34,840 nt of DNA, from NCBI GenBank assembly GCA_001642005.1, contig LWCA01000280.1:1-34840 (forward strand), written 5' to 3'. A program made the translations under genes and the position numbers. This document shows, in pieces, positions 33,952-34,840 of the stretch (its first letter is position 1; every line of letters starts with the position of its first letter). The DNA comes from Intoshia linei (lineage: Eukaryota > Animalia > Orthonectida). The notes beneath the pieces were generated by a model that was not told the origin of the DNA, did no database searches, and saw only the letters and a list, made by a program, of their open reading frames with translations.

Positions 33952-34840
33952 CAGTGTGTCCCATTTAAAACAGTGCACTTGAAAATAAGAAGTTTATCAA
34001 AAAACCATTTTAATTTATCTAAAGTATTTAAGAAAAAGTTAGAAACTTGAATTTATTTAATTTACAATAAATGTTCAAAATGACCACCATCAGATTGGAT
34101 GTATAAATTAATGCGTTTAAGTATATTGTTGTGCACATTGGCTAATTCTTGAGTGCTAATACTGTTGATGATATTGGTTTTGAGGGATTCTATATTTGAA
34201 GGGGAATTTGAATAAATTTTAGATTTTATTGTTCCCCACAAATAAAAATCACATGGCGTTAGATCAGGAGACGTTGGTGGCCATAAACTTTTTAATATCT
34301 TTTGGTTGAATTTTTGATTTAACCAATTCATGGATATTCTTGAAGTATGACATGTTGCTCCATCTTGTTGAAAGCACACTTTTTACGTTCAATTCAGTCT
34401 AATAAATTGTAAAATTGCTCCAAAATATTAATATACAATTCACTGTTTATTATGGATTGAAAAAAAATAGGTCCAACGATTTTTTTATTCGAAATTGCAC
34501 ACTATATACCAATTTTTTGTGGGTGGAGGGAGGATGTATTGCAAATGGTGGATTTTGCTTTTAGCCATAATCTATTATTTTGGTATCCTGTTAACTCAAT
34601 CCATAACTCATCAAAAAAATAGATTATCTTCTAAGTCGTTATCATTATTATCTCTCAAAAATGATTTAAATCAATGACAAAAATGTAGTTGATTAATATA
34701 ATCGTTAGGTTTCACTTCTTGACACATATTACGTTTGTATTGCTAAAATTTCTCGTTTTTTAAAGTCCTGTGGATGGTGGTTCTTGATAAATTCGTTTGT
34801 TGGCTTATTCTTCGTATGGATGTTGAAGGGGAAGTAGTGA
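33952..34840 (-). mobile_element. Tc1/mariner-superfamily element (DD37D spacing; maT/rosa-like), inactive, runs off the window end
   Basis: Terminus TA|CAGTGTGTCCCATTTAAAAC. Transposase motifs FFDELW, LHPQKIGI*CAIS..KIVGPIFF and FQQDGATCHT...WPPTSPDLTPCDFYLWG..K...GGHFEHLL, with 37 residues between the second and third D. In-frame stops and a frameshift near 34380. Confidence 0.92.

Overview
AT-rich eukaryotic (animal) genomic DNA with very compact spliceosomal genes. Most introns are 31-48 nt GT-AG; the longer ones hold transposon debris. The six-frame ORF track shows only single exons, so I assembled gene models by hand from splice sites, reading-frame continuity and recalled family motifs. 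No database search was run. Genes, left to right: a divergent TALE-class homeobox gene (3' part), CFAP210/CCDC173, PPCS, RCC1L (minus), NIPSNAP, a 19-exon secreted ADAMTS/MIG-17-like reprolysin with a Thr-rich stalk and a ShKT domain, an N-terminal-only DZIP1/iguana-like gene (minus), a YIL108W-like zinc metallopeptidase (minus) and a candidate small secreted-peptide gene. Mobile DNA: a multi-copy non-autonomous Helitron family, a decayed hATm-like element of about 5 kb with nested insertions, hAT (Buster/Charlie-like) MITEs, foldback elements, a tRNA-derived segment and a dead DD37D Tc1/mariner-superfamily element. Tiny introns, dense gene packing and spiralian-looking proteins suggest a reduced spiralian genome such as an orthonectid; this is inference only. 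Best leads: a Helitron end that may supply the last splice acceptor and stop codon of the protease gene, the protease-mucin-ShKT architecture, the truncated DZIP1, the Y47/T50 TALE homeodomain and a possible DF-amide peptide precursor.
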